Assembly: GCA_903870685.1 (NCBI GenBank)
Contig: CAIQDX010000013.1
Span: forward strand, 1,350 to 65,349
Source of the DNA: an uncultured Chitinophagaceae bacterium
GTDB lineage: Bacteria > Bacteroidota > Bacteroidia > Chitinophagales > Chitinophagaceae
Reading direction: 5' to 3'
DNA length: 64,000 nucleotides
Position 1 is the stretch's first letter. Every line of letters begins with the position of its first letter. The notes under the pieces were generated by a model, which worked only from the letters and a program-made list of their open reading frames with translations, ran no database searches and was not told the origin of the DNA. Of this stretch, positions 19,315-29,058 are shown piece by piece. The translations under genes were made by a program, and so were the position numbers.

Positions 19315-21666
19315 TTACAATTTTATCTGCACTACAATTGGTGTTCCGGTGTAAATTGTTTTTACAATCAGAACATGATTTTCTTCATTTAAAAAAATAT
19401 TGCTTTCGGAATTCTTATCAATGTCAAACGCCTTGCCATTAAGGATTACAGCCATTGGCTTTTTCTCAAATGGGATCATCAGATCAAATTCTTTTTGCGC
19501 TAATTTATTTTTATAATTACCATTGTTTGAATTAATGATAATAGAAATTTCATTATTTATCAATCCAGATGAAATAAAATTCGTTAACACAAATTGTTTT
19601 TGTACAATGGCGTTTTTCGATTCACCATCATCTTCATATAATTCATACGAAGATTTATTTTTTGAAGGAACAAACAACACCAGCATTTTACTGTTCACTA
19701 TTTCTTTTGTGTTTCCTTCACCCTGATACATCGGCAAAAAACTTCCCTCTTTAATGAAATAAGGCATCTTAAATAAATTCACATCATAATCGATCCATTG
19801 ATTGCCTTTATAAAATCTATTATCGGTTGCATCGTACCATTTATTATTTGGCAAATAAATTTTTCTTGTTGTAGCATTCTTCTGTAATACAGGTGCCACC
19901 AGCATTTCATCACCCCACATAAATTCATCTTCGATTTTTGAAGCGATTGTATCATTTGTAAATTGATAATACAATGGTCTCACCAACGGCTCTCCATATT
20001 TCGCCTGACGATAACTTAAAGTATAATTATATGGCAACATTTGATACCTGCGTTTAATAACTTGTTTAGCAGCTTGTTTGTAGGGTTCATCAATTAATGC
20101 TGGTTCACTTGGAAAACTAAATGCATTTGGATCTACTTCGTACAACGCTGTTCCATGCGGACGAAATATTGGCGTGAATGATGCAAACTGCAACCAACGA
20201 ACATATAATTCTTTATCACCTTCTCCACCGGCAAAACCTCCTGCATCAGCATGTGTGTAAGGAATACCGCTCATACTCATACCTAACATGATTTGCAATT
20301 GTGCCCGAAACCCGCTCCAGTTGCGACTTACATCGCCACTCCAAGGAAAAATACTGTATCGCTGACTACCTGCAAATCCTGAACGGTTTAAATGAAACAA
20401 TCTTTGATTGGGATAATCTTTTGCATAATTTTCAAACAACATTTTATTCCAATATTGTCCATAAACATTGTGCACTTCGTCTGCTTTTAATAAACGCTGT
20501 ACATTTTCATCTTTTAAATTATGCAACATAGCAGATGGATGTTTTTCGGGTTCGCCAAGATCGGTCCACCAACCACCAACACCATTGCCAATCTGTTTTT
20601 TATAATGATCGTTCCAAATCCATTGTTGTGCATCTTTTCTAAAAATATCTAACAAGCCACCCAAGCCAAAATAAAAATCCTGTATAATGAAAGGCTTTCC
20701 AGCACTGTCTTTCGCTAAATATTGTTGTGAGGCATCATACATTTTTGTGTGCTGCAAAAAGAATGGTTCCGAAATTAAAATGGTATTGATATTTTGCTTT
20801 TTAAAATCAGCGATCATTTGTTGTGGGTGTGGCCATTTAGTTTTATTCATCCAATCTAAATTTCCAAGTGTTCCTTTAATGCTGTCGCCAAACCAAAACA
20901 AATCGAAGATAATAGCATCAAAAGGAATTTTTTCAGCTTTCATTTTTGCAGCAATTTCTTTAACCTGCATTTCACTTGTGTAACCAAACCTGCTCATAAA
21001 ATTTCCCAAAGCCCAACGCGGCGGCAATGGTTGAGTGCCCGTTAATTTTTGATACGATGTAAGAATTTCTTTGTAATCATTTCCAAGAATAACAAAGAAA
21101 TTTATTTCGCCACTTAAGAATCCAACTTCAAAAATATTGTTGATCGATTTTCCAATATCTGCATATCCTTTCGAGCCATTATCAAAAAATAATCCATAAC
21201 CTTTTGATGAAGTAAAGAACGGAACAGAAAAATTTAAATTATCAGCTCCTTCGCCATAACCATACCATGGATTGTTGTACAAATTAATTTTATATCCTCT
21301 GCGATTCAATGGCAGCGAACGTTCGCCGCCACCAAATATTTTTTCATCATCATTCAATAAAAAAGAAAAACTATGATATTCATTTGTTTGATGCGCATTT
21401 ATCAATCGCAGATTACCTATTAAAATAGTATCGCCTTTTTGTTTAAAAAATGATTTTAAAATTGCAGAAGGTTTTAAAATAACCGCATCGGTATAATTTT
21501 CGTTGCTTGTATAATCCTTACGCTGAAAAGTAATTTTAAAAATATTGGGCGCATATTGCTGATAAGAAATAGTTCCACCCTGATATGCGATATTATTTTT
21601 TACTTTCGTTTGCGCATTTGCGATCATTGCAAAGAAAGCAAACACAATTACAAGCTTTTGTTTCAT
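19315..21666 (-). CDS. Glycoside hydrolase family 31 (alpha-glucosidase/xylosidase-like), secreted
   Basis: 783 aa with a signal peptide and GH31-type segments IIFDLFWFGD, WWTDLGEPE, HNVYG. Confidence 0.85.
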   Translation of the reverse strand: MKQKLVIVFAFFAMIANAQTKVKNNIAYQGGTISYQQYAPNIFKITFQRKDYTSNENYTDAVILKPSAILKSFFKQKGDTILIGNLRLINAHQTNEYHSFSFLLNDDEKIFGGGERSLPLNRRGYKINLYNNPWYGYGEGADNLNFSVPFFTSSKGYGLFFDNGSKGYADIGKSINNIFEVGFLSGEINFFVILGNDYKEILTSYQKLTGTQPLPPRWALGNFMSRFGYTSEMQVKEIAAKMKAEKIPFDAIIFDLFWFGDSIKGTLGNLDWMNKTKWPHPQQMIADFKKQNINTILISEPFFLQHTKMYDASQQYLAKDSAGKPFIIQDFYFGLGGLLDIFRKDAQQWIWNDHYKKQIGNGVGGWWTDLGEPEKHPSAMLHNLKDENVQRLLKADEVHNVYGQYWNKMLFENYAKDYPNQRLFHLNRSGFAGSQRYSIFPWSGDVSRNWSGFRAQLQIMLGMSMSGIPYTHADAGGFAGGEGDKELYVRWLQFASFTPIFRPHGTALYEVDPNAFSFPSEPALIDEPYKQAAKQVIKRRYQMLPYNYTLSYRQAKYGEPLVRPLYYQFTNDTIASKIEDEFMWGDEMLVAPVLQKNATTRKIYLPNNKWYDATDNRFYKGNQWIDYDVNLFKMPYFIKEGSFLPMYQGEGNTKEIVNSKMLVLFVPSKNKSSYELYEDDGESKNAIVQKQFVLTNFISSGLINNEISIIINSNNGNYKNKLAQKEFDLMIPFEKKPMAVILNGKAFDIDKNSESNIFLNEENHVLIVKTIYTGTPIVVQIKL

Positions 21667-21724
21667 ATCATTACATTAAATATCAAAGTTAGTATATCAA
21701 CAAAATCATTCTGAAATAAAATAT

Positions 21725-23395
21725 ATGGCAACCTCATTCAGTATACAAGGTAATCTGGTAGATGTTTGGAAGAAAGAAATTTATCCGGCAGAAATAATTG
21801 TTGAAAATGGAAAAATAAAATCTATAAAACACATTCAACATTTAGAATCATACATTCAACATTTTATTCTTCCCGGTTTTGTGGATAGCCATGTGCATGT
21901 TGAGAGTAGTATGTTGGTACCGAGTGAATTTGCAAAATTAGCCGTAGTACACGGCAGTGTTGGAAGTGTGAACGATCCTCATGAAATAGCCAATGTATGC
22001 GGATTAGAAGGCGTTGAATTTATGATCGAGAATGGAAAGAAAGTAAACTTCAAATTTAATTTTGGTGCACCAAGTTGTGTACCCGCAACTATTTTTGAAA
22101 CAGCAGGTGCAGCTTTAAACAGCAATGCTGTAAAAAAATTGTTGGAGAAAAAAGAAATAAAATATTTGAGTGAGATGATGAATTTTCCGGGTGTTTTATT
22201 TGGAGATGATGAGGTGATGAAGAAAATAAAATATGCGCACGAATTAAATAAACCCGTTGATGGTCATGCCCCGGGATTGCGTGGCGATGATGCAAAAAAA
22301 TATATTGCTGCAGGAATTTCTACCGATCATGAATGTTTTACCGAAGCAGAAGCTTTGGATAAATTAAAATACGGTATGAAGATTTTAATTCGTGAGGGAA
22401 GTGCCGCAAAAAATTTTGAAGCATTAATTAATTTAATGCATGAACATTATGAGAACATGATGTTTTGCAGTGATGACAAGCATCCTGATAGTTTAGCAGT
22501 TGGTCATATCAATCAACTTTGTGCAAGAGCAATTGCAAAAGAAATTGATGTTTTTAAAGTGTTGCAAGCTGCTTGCGTTAATCCTGTTCTGCATTATAAA
22601 TTGGATATTGGTTTATTGAGAGAAGGTGACGATGCAGATTTTATTGTGGCTGAAGATCTAATCAACTTCAACATCAAAAAAACATTTATTAACGGCGAGT
22701 TGGTTGCAGAGAATGAAAAATCATTTATTAAATCTGTTCCTGTAATACCTATCAATAATTTCAATTGCAATGAAATTAAAGTTGAACAAATGCTGTTTAC
22801 ATTAAATCGTTGGGGTGATGCAGAAAAAGAAAATATTGAACAGGTAAATGTTATTGAAGCTTTGGAAGGACAACTCATCACCAATAAATTAATTTATTCC
22901 ATCACCGATTTTAATGTGGAGAATGAAAATATTTTTTCGAACACAGAAAAAGATCTGTTGAAAATGGTGGTGGTGAATCGTTATTTTAATGCGCCCATTG
23001 CAAAAACATTTATTAAAAATTTTGGATTGAAAGAAGGCGCCATTGCATCATCGGTTGCACACGACAGTCATAATATTGTTGCTGTTGGTGTTGATGATAT
23101 TAGTTTAGCAAGAGCCATTAATTTGGTGATTCAACATAAAGGCGGCGTTAGTGCGGTAAGTATAAATAACGAAAAAATTTTAGGTTTACCTGTTGCCGGA
23201 TTAATGAGTGCCGATGATGGTTATAAAGTTGCAGATGCTTACACTGCAATTGATAAAATGGTAAAGCAAGAGCTGAAAAGCACGCTGGCAGCACCTTTCA
23301 TGACATTAAGTTTTATGGCGTTGTTGGTAATTCCGCATTTAAAACTAAGCGACATGGGATTATTTGACGGAGATAAATTTGAATTTGTAAAATAA
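21725..23395 (+). CDS. ade: Adenine deaminase
   Basis: [14 protein letters not shown] metal motif; 556-aa two-domain architecture. Confidence 0.9.
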   Translation: MATSFSIQGNLVDVWKKEIYPAEIIVENGKIKSIKHIQHLESYIQHFILPGFVDSHVHVESSMLVPSEFAKLAVVHGSVGSVNDPHEIANVCGLEGVEFMIENGKKVNFKFNFGAPSCVPATIFETAGAALNSNAVKKLLEKKEIKYLSEMMNFPGVLFGDDEVMKKIKYAHELNKPVDGHAPGLRGDDAKKYIAAGISTDHECFTEAEALDKLKYGMKILIREGSAAKNFEALINLMHEHYENMMFCSDDKHPDSLAVGHINQLCARAIAKEIDVFKVLQAACVNPVLHYKLDIGLLREGDDADFIVAEDLINFNIKKTFINGELVAENEKSFIKSVPVIPINNFNCNEIKVEQMLFTLNRWGDAEKENIEQVNVIEALEGQLITNKLIYSITDFNVENENIFSNTEKDLLKMVVVNRYFNAPIAKTFIKNFGLKEGAIASSVAHDSHNIVAVGVDDISLARAINLVIQHKGGVSAVSINNEKILGLPVAGLMSADDGYKVADAYTAIDKMVKQELKSTLAAPFMTLSFMALLVIPHLKLSDMGLFDGDKFEFVK

Positions 23396-23397
23396 GC

Positions 23398-23727
23398 ATG
23401 AACAACAAATCAATTATTATTAAAGGAAAAATTGTTGATGAACATTCGCGTTGTTCGCATTATCATTCTCTGCTGGATATTATTGCCATTAGGATGAAAT
23501 GTTGCAACGAATATTTTTCTTGTATTTATTGTCATGATGAAGAAGCAGATCACAAAACAGAAGTTTGGCTTAAAAAGGAATTCGATACCAAAGCAATTTT
23601 ATGTGGTAATTGTTTTAACGAATTAACCATCACTCAATATTTGGATAGTAATTATCAATGTCCGTTTTGCGAAGCTGCATTTAATCCGCGTTGCAGTAAT
23701 CACAATCATTTTTATTTTGAAGTATAA
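23398..23727 (+). CDS. CHY zinc-finger protein
   Basis: Cys/His-rich: CSHYH, CCNEYFSCIYCHD, CGNC, CPFC. Confidence 0.7.
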   Translation: MNNKSIIIKGKIVDEHSRCSHYHSLLDIIAIRMKCCNEYFSCIYCHDEEADHKTEVWLKKEFDTKAILCGNCFNELTITQYLDSNYQCPFCEAAFNPRCSNHNHFYFEV

Positions 23728-23732
23728 TTTTA

Positions 23733-23790
23733 TTTTTTGTTGACGAGCTGCAATGCTATTCTCAGCTTTTGTTGCGTCGCACACTTCTAC
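23733..23790 (-). repeat. Intergenic repeat copy 5a (left member of a head-to-head pair)
   Basis: TTTTTTGTTGACGAGCTGCAATGCTATTCTCAGCTTTTGTTGCGTCGCACACTTCTAC. Confidence 0.9.
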
Positions 23791-23829
23791 AAAAGAAAAG
23801 CTATCAGCGATTAGCTAATGGCTTTTTCA

Positions 23830-23886
23830 GTACAAGAGTGCGACGCAACAGGCGATGCCATGAAATACAACAGCCGGTTTAATAAA
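23830..23886 (+). repeat. Intergenic repeat copy 5b (right member of the pair, degenerate 3' box)
   Basis: GTACAAGAGTGCGACGCAACAGGCGATGCCATGAAATACAACAGCCGGTTTAATAAA. Confidence 0.85.
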
Positions 23887-23990
23887 TATTTTTTTAAAAG
23901 AAATCAACTGCATAACAATTTGTAATTTTGATTGTTGCCAATTAGGTCTTACTTTTCGGGCAAAATCCGTCACCAAAAAATACTGTACCA

Positions 23991-24644
23991 ATGATCGTTA
24001 ATTTAAGTGAGCAGCACAGTTTAGTTAGCAATTGGATAGCTGAAATAAGAGACATAAATATTCAGTGTGATCGAATGCGTTTTCGTCGCAACTTAGAACG
24101 TGTTGGCGAAATTGCTGCTTATGAAATAAGTAAAGAATTAGCGTGGACAGAAGTGGAAACACAAACTCCGTTAGGAATTCATACCAGCAAAGTTTTAGAA
24201 CAACAACCGGTACTGGCAACTATTTTAAGAGCAGGATTACCATTGCATCAGGGCATGTTGAATTATTTTGATAAAGCAGATAATGCATTTATTTCTGCTT
24301 ATCGCAAGCATCATCATGATGGCACTTTCGAAATAAGTTTGGAATACATGAGTTGCCCATCGTTAAATAATAGAGTTGTTATTATCAGCGATCCAATGCT
24401 TGCCACAGGCTCTTCGATTGTAAAAACAATTCAATACATGAAAGCAGAAAATGCTCCTGCTAAATTTCATGTGGTGGTTGCCATAGCTTGTACGATTGGA
24501 ATTGAATATGTATTGCGTGAATGTGGTTCTGATACCACCATCTGGTGTGGTGATATTGATGATGAATTAACAGCCAAAGGATATATTGTTCCGGGTTTGG
24601 GTGATGCAGGCGACCTTGCATTTGGAACAAAAATGCAGGCTTAG
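23991..24644 (+). CDS. upp: Uracil phosphoribosyltransferase
   Basis: PRPP loop VVIISDPMLATGSS and C-terminal GYIVPGLGDAGD. Confidence 0.9.
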   Translation: MIVNLSEQHSLVSNWIAEIRDINIQCDRMRFRRNLERVGEIAAYEISKELAWTEVETQTPLGIHTSKVLEQQPVLATILRAGLPLHQGMLNYFDKADNAFISAYRKHHHDGTFEISLEYMSCPSLNNRVVIISDPMLATGSSIVKTIQYMKAENAPAKFHVVVAIACTIGIEYVLRECGSDTTIWCGDIDDELTAKGYIVPGLGDAGDLAFGTKMQA

Positions 24645-24739
24645 TTCAAATTTGAAGAGGAATCTATTTTTTGTTAAAAGATATTTTTATTAATTCTTCT
24701 TACAGCATTTCATCTATTTTAGGAGTCTTAAATTTTGTA

Positions 24740-25744
24740 ATGAGAAAAATTGCAATGATTTGTTGTGTATTTTTTATGTTGGGAAAAGCCTCAGCACAGG
24801 ATCCGCATTTTTCGCAATTCTTTTCATCACCACTTACTTTAAGTCCTGCATTTACCGGAAAATTTGATGGCAATTATCGCATTGCCGGTAACTATCGCAA
24901 TCAATGGGCTACCATATATAATGCATTTACAACTGCAACTGCTTCAGTTGATTTTAGAGTCCTGCAAGATCATATTCCTTCGAACGATGCATGGGGATTG
25001 GGTTTCATGGCTTACAATGATAACAGTGCAGCCGGTGCTGTTAATTTTAATTATGCAACTATATCAACAGCTTATCACAAAGGATTGGATGAAGAAGGTT
25101 ATCACCAATTAAGCGCAGGCTTTCAAGTAACTTATGCCAATATGTTTATCAATACTGCTAATTTAAAATTTGCAGATCAATTAACTAACAATGGATTTAC
25201 CGGAGTTACAAACGAAATATTTAATAACACTACTTTAAAATCGAATTATGTTGATATTAATGCCGGCATATTATATAACGGCAGTACTAACGACAAAAAT
25301 AATTTTTATTTTGGGCTGAGTTTATATCACATAACAAGACCACAGCAACAATTTACCGGAGGATATTTTGCATTAAATTCCAGAGCAACAATTCATGCCG
25401 GCACTTATTTTCCAATAGGCGAAATAAGCACTTTGCATTTAAGTGCAATGCAGAGTTTTCAGGGTGGTGCTGCAGAAACTGTGTTGGGTGGCGCATTTCA
25501 ATTCGTTGCAAATAATGGCGACGATAATCCTGCGAGTTTATATTTAGGAAGCTGGGTTCGATTAAATGATGCAATCATTCCCTATGTAGGTTTAGAATTT
25601 AATAATTTGCGTTTAGGATTAACTTATGATTCTAATACTTCTTCTTTAAAAACTGCTTCGCAAGGACAAGGCGGTTTTGAATTTTCTCTTATTTATATTT
25701 ATAAAGCTTCAACAGAAAAAGTGTTGAATTGCCCTAAGTTTTAG
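24740..25744 (+). CDS. Type IX secretion system membrane protein PorP/SprF family
   Basis: Signal peptide, then the QDPHFSQFFSSPLTLSPAFTG signature. Start set to ATG 24740. Confidence 0.85.
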   Translation: MRKIAMICCVFFMLGKASAQDPHFSQFFSSPLTLSPAFTGKFDGNYRIAGNYRNQWATIYNAFTTATASVDFRVLQDHIPSNDAWGLGFMAYNDNSAAGAVNFNYATISTAYHKGLDEEGYHQLSAGFQVTYANMFINTANLKFADQLTNNGFTGVTNEIFNNTTLKSNYVDINAGILYNGSTNDKNNFYFGLSLYHITRPQQQFTGGYFALNSRATIHAGTYFPIGEISTLHLSAMQSFQGGAAETVLGGAFQFVANNGDDNPASLYLGSWVRLNDAIIPYVGLEFNNLRLGLTYDSNTSSLKTASQGQGGFEFSLIYIYKASTEKVLNCPKF

Positions 25745-25754
25745 AAATAATTTT

Positions 25755-26216
25755 ATGAAAATATTTTCTGTTTTATTTTTCTTGGTTACAATTATATCTT
25801 GCAATAATCAGGAAACAATTGAAAAAGAAACAACAATCATAAATTCTGATACTATCCCGGAAACCAGAACTGTATTGAGTTCCAGGCCAATTGCAAATCT
25901 CATAGAAAATGCAGGTGATGCATTAAATAAGGATTGGGCTTTTTCAGTTAAAGTATATCAGACTGAAAAAACATTTCATTTTATTATGAAAGTAAAGTAT
26001 CAGGAATTAGAAGCTGTTGATACTTTGAAAATACCAAACATCGGTATTCAACCGGTTGTTGTTTTAAAATCAGGTAAAGAAAAGTTTTCTTGTATTGTTG
26101 GATTTAGAGATAAGGCACAACAATTTAAAGAATATAAAAAAGTAAGAGTAGAGAACAATCAATTAAAGATTTCGGTATTGAAACATTATGCGGTATATAC
26201 CTCCATCAAAAAATAA
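25755..26216 (+). CDS. Hypothetical lipoprotein
   Basis: Lipobox LVTIISC; 153 aa with no known motif. Confidence 0.5.
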   Translation: MKIFSVLFFLVTIISCNNQETIEKETTIINSDTIPETRTVLSSRPIANLIENAGDALNKDWAFSVKVYQTEKTFHFIMKVKYQELEAVDTLKIPNIGIQPVVVLKSGKEKFSCIVGFRDKAQQFKEYKKVRVENNQLKISVLKHYAVYTSIKK

Positions 26217-26849
26217 TTATTTTAATTTCTTGCCACTAACAAAAGGATTGTTTTTTATGATGAATCGATAAGGTAACAAAGCATCTTCGCCCGAATATTC
26301 AACACCAATTCTTGCTGAGGCAACAATATCTTTTTTATTTATTTTATAATCATCCTCTGCAATAAATAATTCATTACTTACGAAACTTTTCCCGGTTAAT
26401 TTAGTTGAGATGCCTAATGCTTTGGAGAGATTGCCCGGCCCTTTTGTAATTGAATGATCGAGTTTTATTTTTTTAGTTCGTTGCAACATTGTTTCCATTC
26501 CAACAATTGGTTCTACTGCACGAATTAAAACTGCATGTGGAATATTTTCGGCATTTGTTACAACATTAAATAAATGATGAACACCATAACATAAATAAAC
26601 ATAAGCACAACCGCCTTTTGCAAACATAATTTCGGTGCGTTGTGTTCGTCTGTTTCCAAAAGCATGCGATGCTTTATCGATTGCACCATTGTATGCTTCC
26701 GTTTCAACAATCCTTCCTGCTGTTAAAATATTATTGAATTGTGTTACCAAAACCTTACCCAGTAAGTCTTTCGCAATGGTGATCACATTATCTCTCAAAT
26801 AAAATTCATTGGATAATTTTTTCCAGTTTTTGTTAAATTTTTTTTGCAT
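26217..26849 (-). CDS. DNA-3-methyladenine glycosylase (Mpg/AAG family)
   Basis: ETEAY..D.ASHAF and GGCAYVYLCYGVHHLFNVV motifs. Confidence 0.85.
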   Translation of the reverse strand: MQKKFNKNWKKLSNEFYLRDNVITIAKDLLGKVLVTQFNNILTAGRIVETEAYNGAIDKASHAFGNRRTQRTEIMFAKGGCAYVYLCYGVHHLFNVVTNAENIPHAVLIRAVEPIVGMETMLQRTKKIKLDHSITKGPGNLSKALGISTKLTGKSFVSNELFIAEDDYKINKKDIVASARIGVEYSGEDALLPYRFIIKNNPFVSGKKLK

Positions 26850-26900
26850 TTCGGTTTACATTGTTAAACAGTTAATTTCGCGTACTAAAATTAATCCTCT

Positions 26901-27671
26901 TTGCTTAAAGAAATCATTATCGCGATTCAATCATATTTTCAGGCACATGAATTTATTAAGAAACATAAATTAATGAAGTGGATCTTAGTGCCGGGTATTT
27001 TGTATGCAATACTTTTCATGATCAGTATGTATTATTTCGGACATACCGCTAATAATTTTATTGAATGGCTGAGTTTAAAAACAGGATTAAAAACATGGTT
27101 AGATAAAATGAACAGCGGTTGGTTGGGGTTTTTCTTTACCATAGGAAGTTTAATGTTGTGGATATTGATGATGCTCGTTTATTTTTCATTGTTCAAATAT
27201 TTATTTTTAATTGTTGGCTCACCATTATTTGCATATCTCAGCGAAAAAACAGAAGCCATCATCGAGGGAAAAGATTTTCCGTTCAGTTTTTCTCAATTAG
27301 CAAAAGATATTTTTCGTGGTGTTAGCATTGCCGGAAAAAATAGTATCACACAAACTGTTTATGCTCTAGCGATTTTATTTGCATGTACCATTCCTATTGC
27401 GGGAATGATAGCACCTATACTTGCTTTGTTGGTTGAATGTTACTACTACGGTTATTCGATGCTTGATTATAGTTTGAAACGCCATAATAAATCTATTGCC
27501 GAAAGCAGTTTTTATATTTCGCATCATAAAGGACTGGCCGTAGGCAACGGAATTGTTTTTTATGCCATGCATTTATTACCTTTTGTTGGTTGGGCATTAG
27601 CTCCGGCATATTCAGTGATAGCAGCTACTTTAAGCATTTATCCTTTAAAAGAAAGTTCCAATTCAAATTAA
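26901..27671 (+). CDS. EI24/CysZ-like membrane protein
   Basis: Multi-TM, 256 aa, TTG start; the N-terminus pattern fits the EI24-domain family. Confidence 0.6.
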   Translation: MLKEIIIAIQSYFQAHEFIKKHKLMKWILVPGILYAILFMISMYYFGHTANNFIEWLSLKTGLKTWLDKMNSGWLGFFFTIGSLMLWILMMLVYFSLFKYLFLIVGSPLFAYLSEKTEAIIEGKDFPFSFSQLAKDIFRGVSIAGKNSITQTVYALAILFACTIPIAGMIAPILALLVECYYYGYSMLDYSLKRHNKSIAESSFYISHHKGLAVGNGIVFYAMHLLPFVGWALAPAYSVIAATLSIYPLKESSNSN

Positions 27672-27684
27672 TTAATTTAGTGCA

Positions 27685-28389
27685 ATGAGTGTAGGTAAAG
27701 TTTTTTTGATACCAACTGTTTTGCACGAAGAAGCGCTTGAAACTATTCCAACTTATATTTTGGATGCAGTAAAAGATTGCCAGATATTTTTTGTTGAGAA
27801 TGAAAAAACCGCAAGACGTTTTTTAAAAAAAATATGGAAAGAAATGGTGATCGATGATTACCAATGGTTCGCAATTCATAAAGCCGAGGAAGAAGTAAAA
27901 CAACAATTTATTCAATTATTAAAGCAAGGAAAAAATATTGGTATCATCAGTGAAGCCGGTTGTCCCGGTGTTGCTGATCCCGGGCAAATTTTAGTTGATA
28001 CTGCTCAACATATTCATGCAACGGTGAAACCTTTGGTAGGACCGAGTTCTATCTTATTAGCATTAATGGCAAGTGGCATGAACGGACAAAATTTTCAATT
28101 CATTGGTTATTTACCTATCGATAGTTTGGAAAGAAAAAATGCTATCAAAGAATTAGAAAATTACTCTCATAAAAAAAACAGCACGCAAATTTTTATTGAA
28201 ACTCCTTACCGAAACAATCAATTAATTAAAGAATTGCTTGCTACATGCAGAGAAGAGACAAAACTTTGCATCGCTGTTGACATCACTGCATCATCAGAAA
28301 GTATTAAAACAAAAACAATCAAAGAGTGGAAAACCTCTGTTCCCGATTTCCATAAACGATTGGCAATTTTTTTACTGCATTCCGCTTAG
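27685..28389 (+). CDS. SAM-dependent methyltransferase (tetrapyrrole-methylase fold, RsmI-like)
   Basis: LIPTVL..., IISEAGCPGVADPG, ETPYRN motifs. Confidence 0.75.
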   Translation: MSVGKVFLIPTVLHEEALETIPTYILDAVKDCQIFFVENEKTARRFLKKIWKEMVIDDYQWFAIHKAEEEVKQQFIQLLKQGKNIGIISEAGCPGVADPGQILVDTAQHIHATVKPLVGPSSILLALMASGMNGQNFQFIGYLPIDSLERKNAIKELENYSHKKNSTQIFIETPYRNNQLIKELLATCREETKLCIAVDITASSESIKTKTIKEWKTSVPDFHKRLAIFLLHSA

Positions 28390-28429
28390 AAAGCAGATTT
28401 ATTCTCAAACTACTATCTTCGCCGCCATT

Positions 28430-28876
28430 ATGAAAAAAATTGAAGCTCATAGAAAGCTGCTTGGCGTTACGAAAGATGCAGAATTAAGCGAACTTAAATC
28501 GGTTTACAGAAATCTGATGAAAGATTGGCACCCGGATAAATTTCAGGATGATCATGAACAAAAATCTAATGCCGAAGCAAAAAGCAAAACTATTATTGAA
28601 GCCTATCATTTTTTAGTAAGCATAGCACCCGAAACCCTTGCTGCCACTGCCGATCAATACAATCAAACTATTGGTGCTGCAGGCATAGAAGACTACGATT
28701 ATAAAGGCGAAAAATTAACTATCGAATTTTCTGATGGTTGCAGTTACGAATATTTTGGTGTTCCAAAAGCAACCTATGTAAAATTTGTGAATGCTCCTTC
28801 GCAGGCAAGATTTGCACGCCGCCATATTTGCAATTCGTTTATTTACCGCAGCGTAAATAAATTAGTGGCAGCTTAA
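28430..28876 (+). CDS. J-domain protein with a C-terminal KTSC domain
   Basis: J-domain YRNLMKDWHPDKF and C-terminal KLTIEFSDGCSYEYFGVPKATYVKF. Start set to ATG 28430. Confidence 0.75.
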   Translation: MKKIEAHRKLLGVTKDAELSELKSVYRNLMKDWHPDKFQDDHEQKSNAEAKSKTIIEAYHFLVSIAPETLAATADQYNQTIGAAGIEDYDYKGEKLTIEFSDGCSYEYFGVPKATYVKFVNAPSQARFARRHICNSFIYRSVNKLVAA

Positions 28877-28889
28877 TTTACGAATTATA

Positions 28890-28954
28890 TTTTTTTATTT
28901 TTTTAGTCAGCACCTGCAACGCGATTGAACAGCGGTTGCGTCGCACACTTGTAC
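28890..28954 (-). repeat. Intergenic repeat copy 6a (left member of a head-to-head pair)
   Basis: T-rich end ...GCGGTTGCGTCGCACACTTGTAC. Confidence 0.85.
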
Positions 28955-28995
28955 CGAAGAAAAAAATGAACAATTTAAATGCTGATAATAGTTCA

Positions 28996-29058
28996 GAACG
29001 TTGAAGAGTGCGACGCAACAGGCGATGCCATAAAAAACAAAAGCTCGCTAACAAAAAA
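28996..29058 (+). repeat. Intergenic repeat copy 6b (right member of the pair)
   Basis: GAACGTTGAAGAGTGCGACGCAACAGGCGATGCCATAAAAAACAAAAGCTCGCTAACAAAAAA; its A-run abuts the stop codon of the minus-strand DUF4249 gene. Confidence 0.9.

Noticed and set aside
28238-28429. Upstream 64 codons of the J-domain ORF overlapping the methyltransferase gene
   Set aside because: The overlap is out of frame with a well-supported gene. The J-domain protein begins naturally at MKKIEAHRKLLG (ATG 28430).
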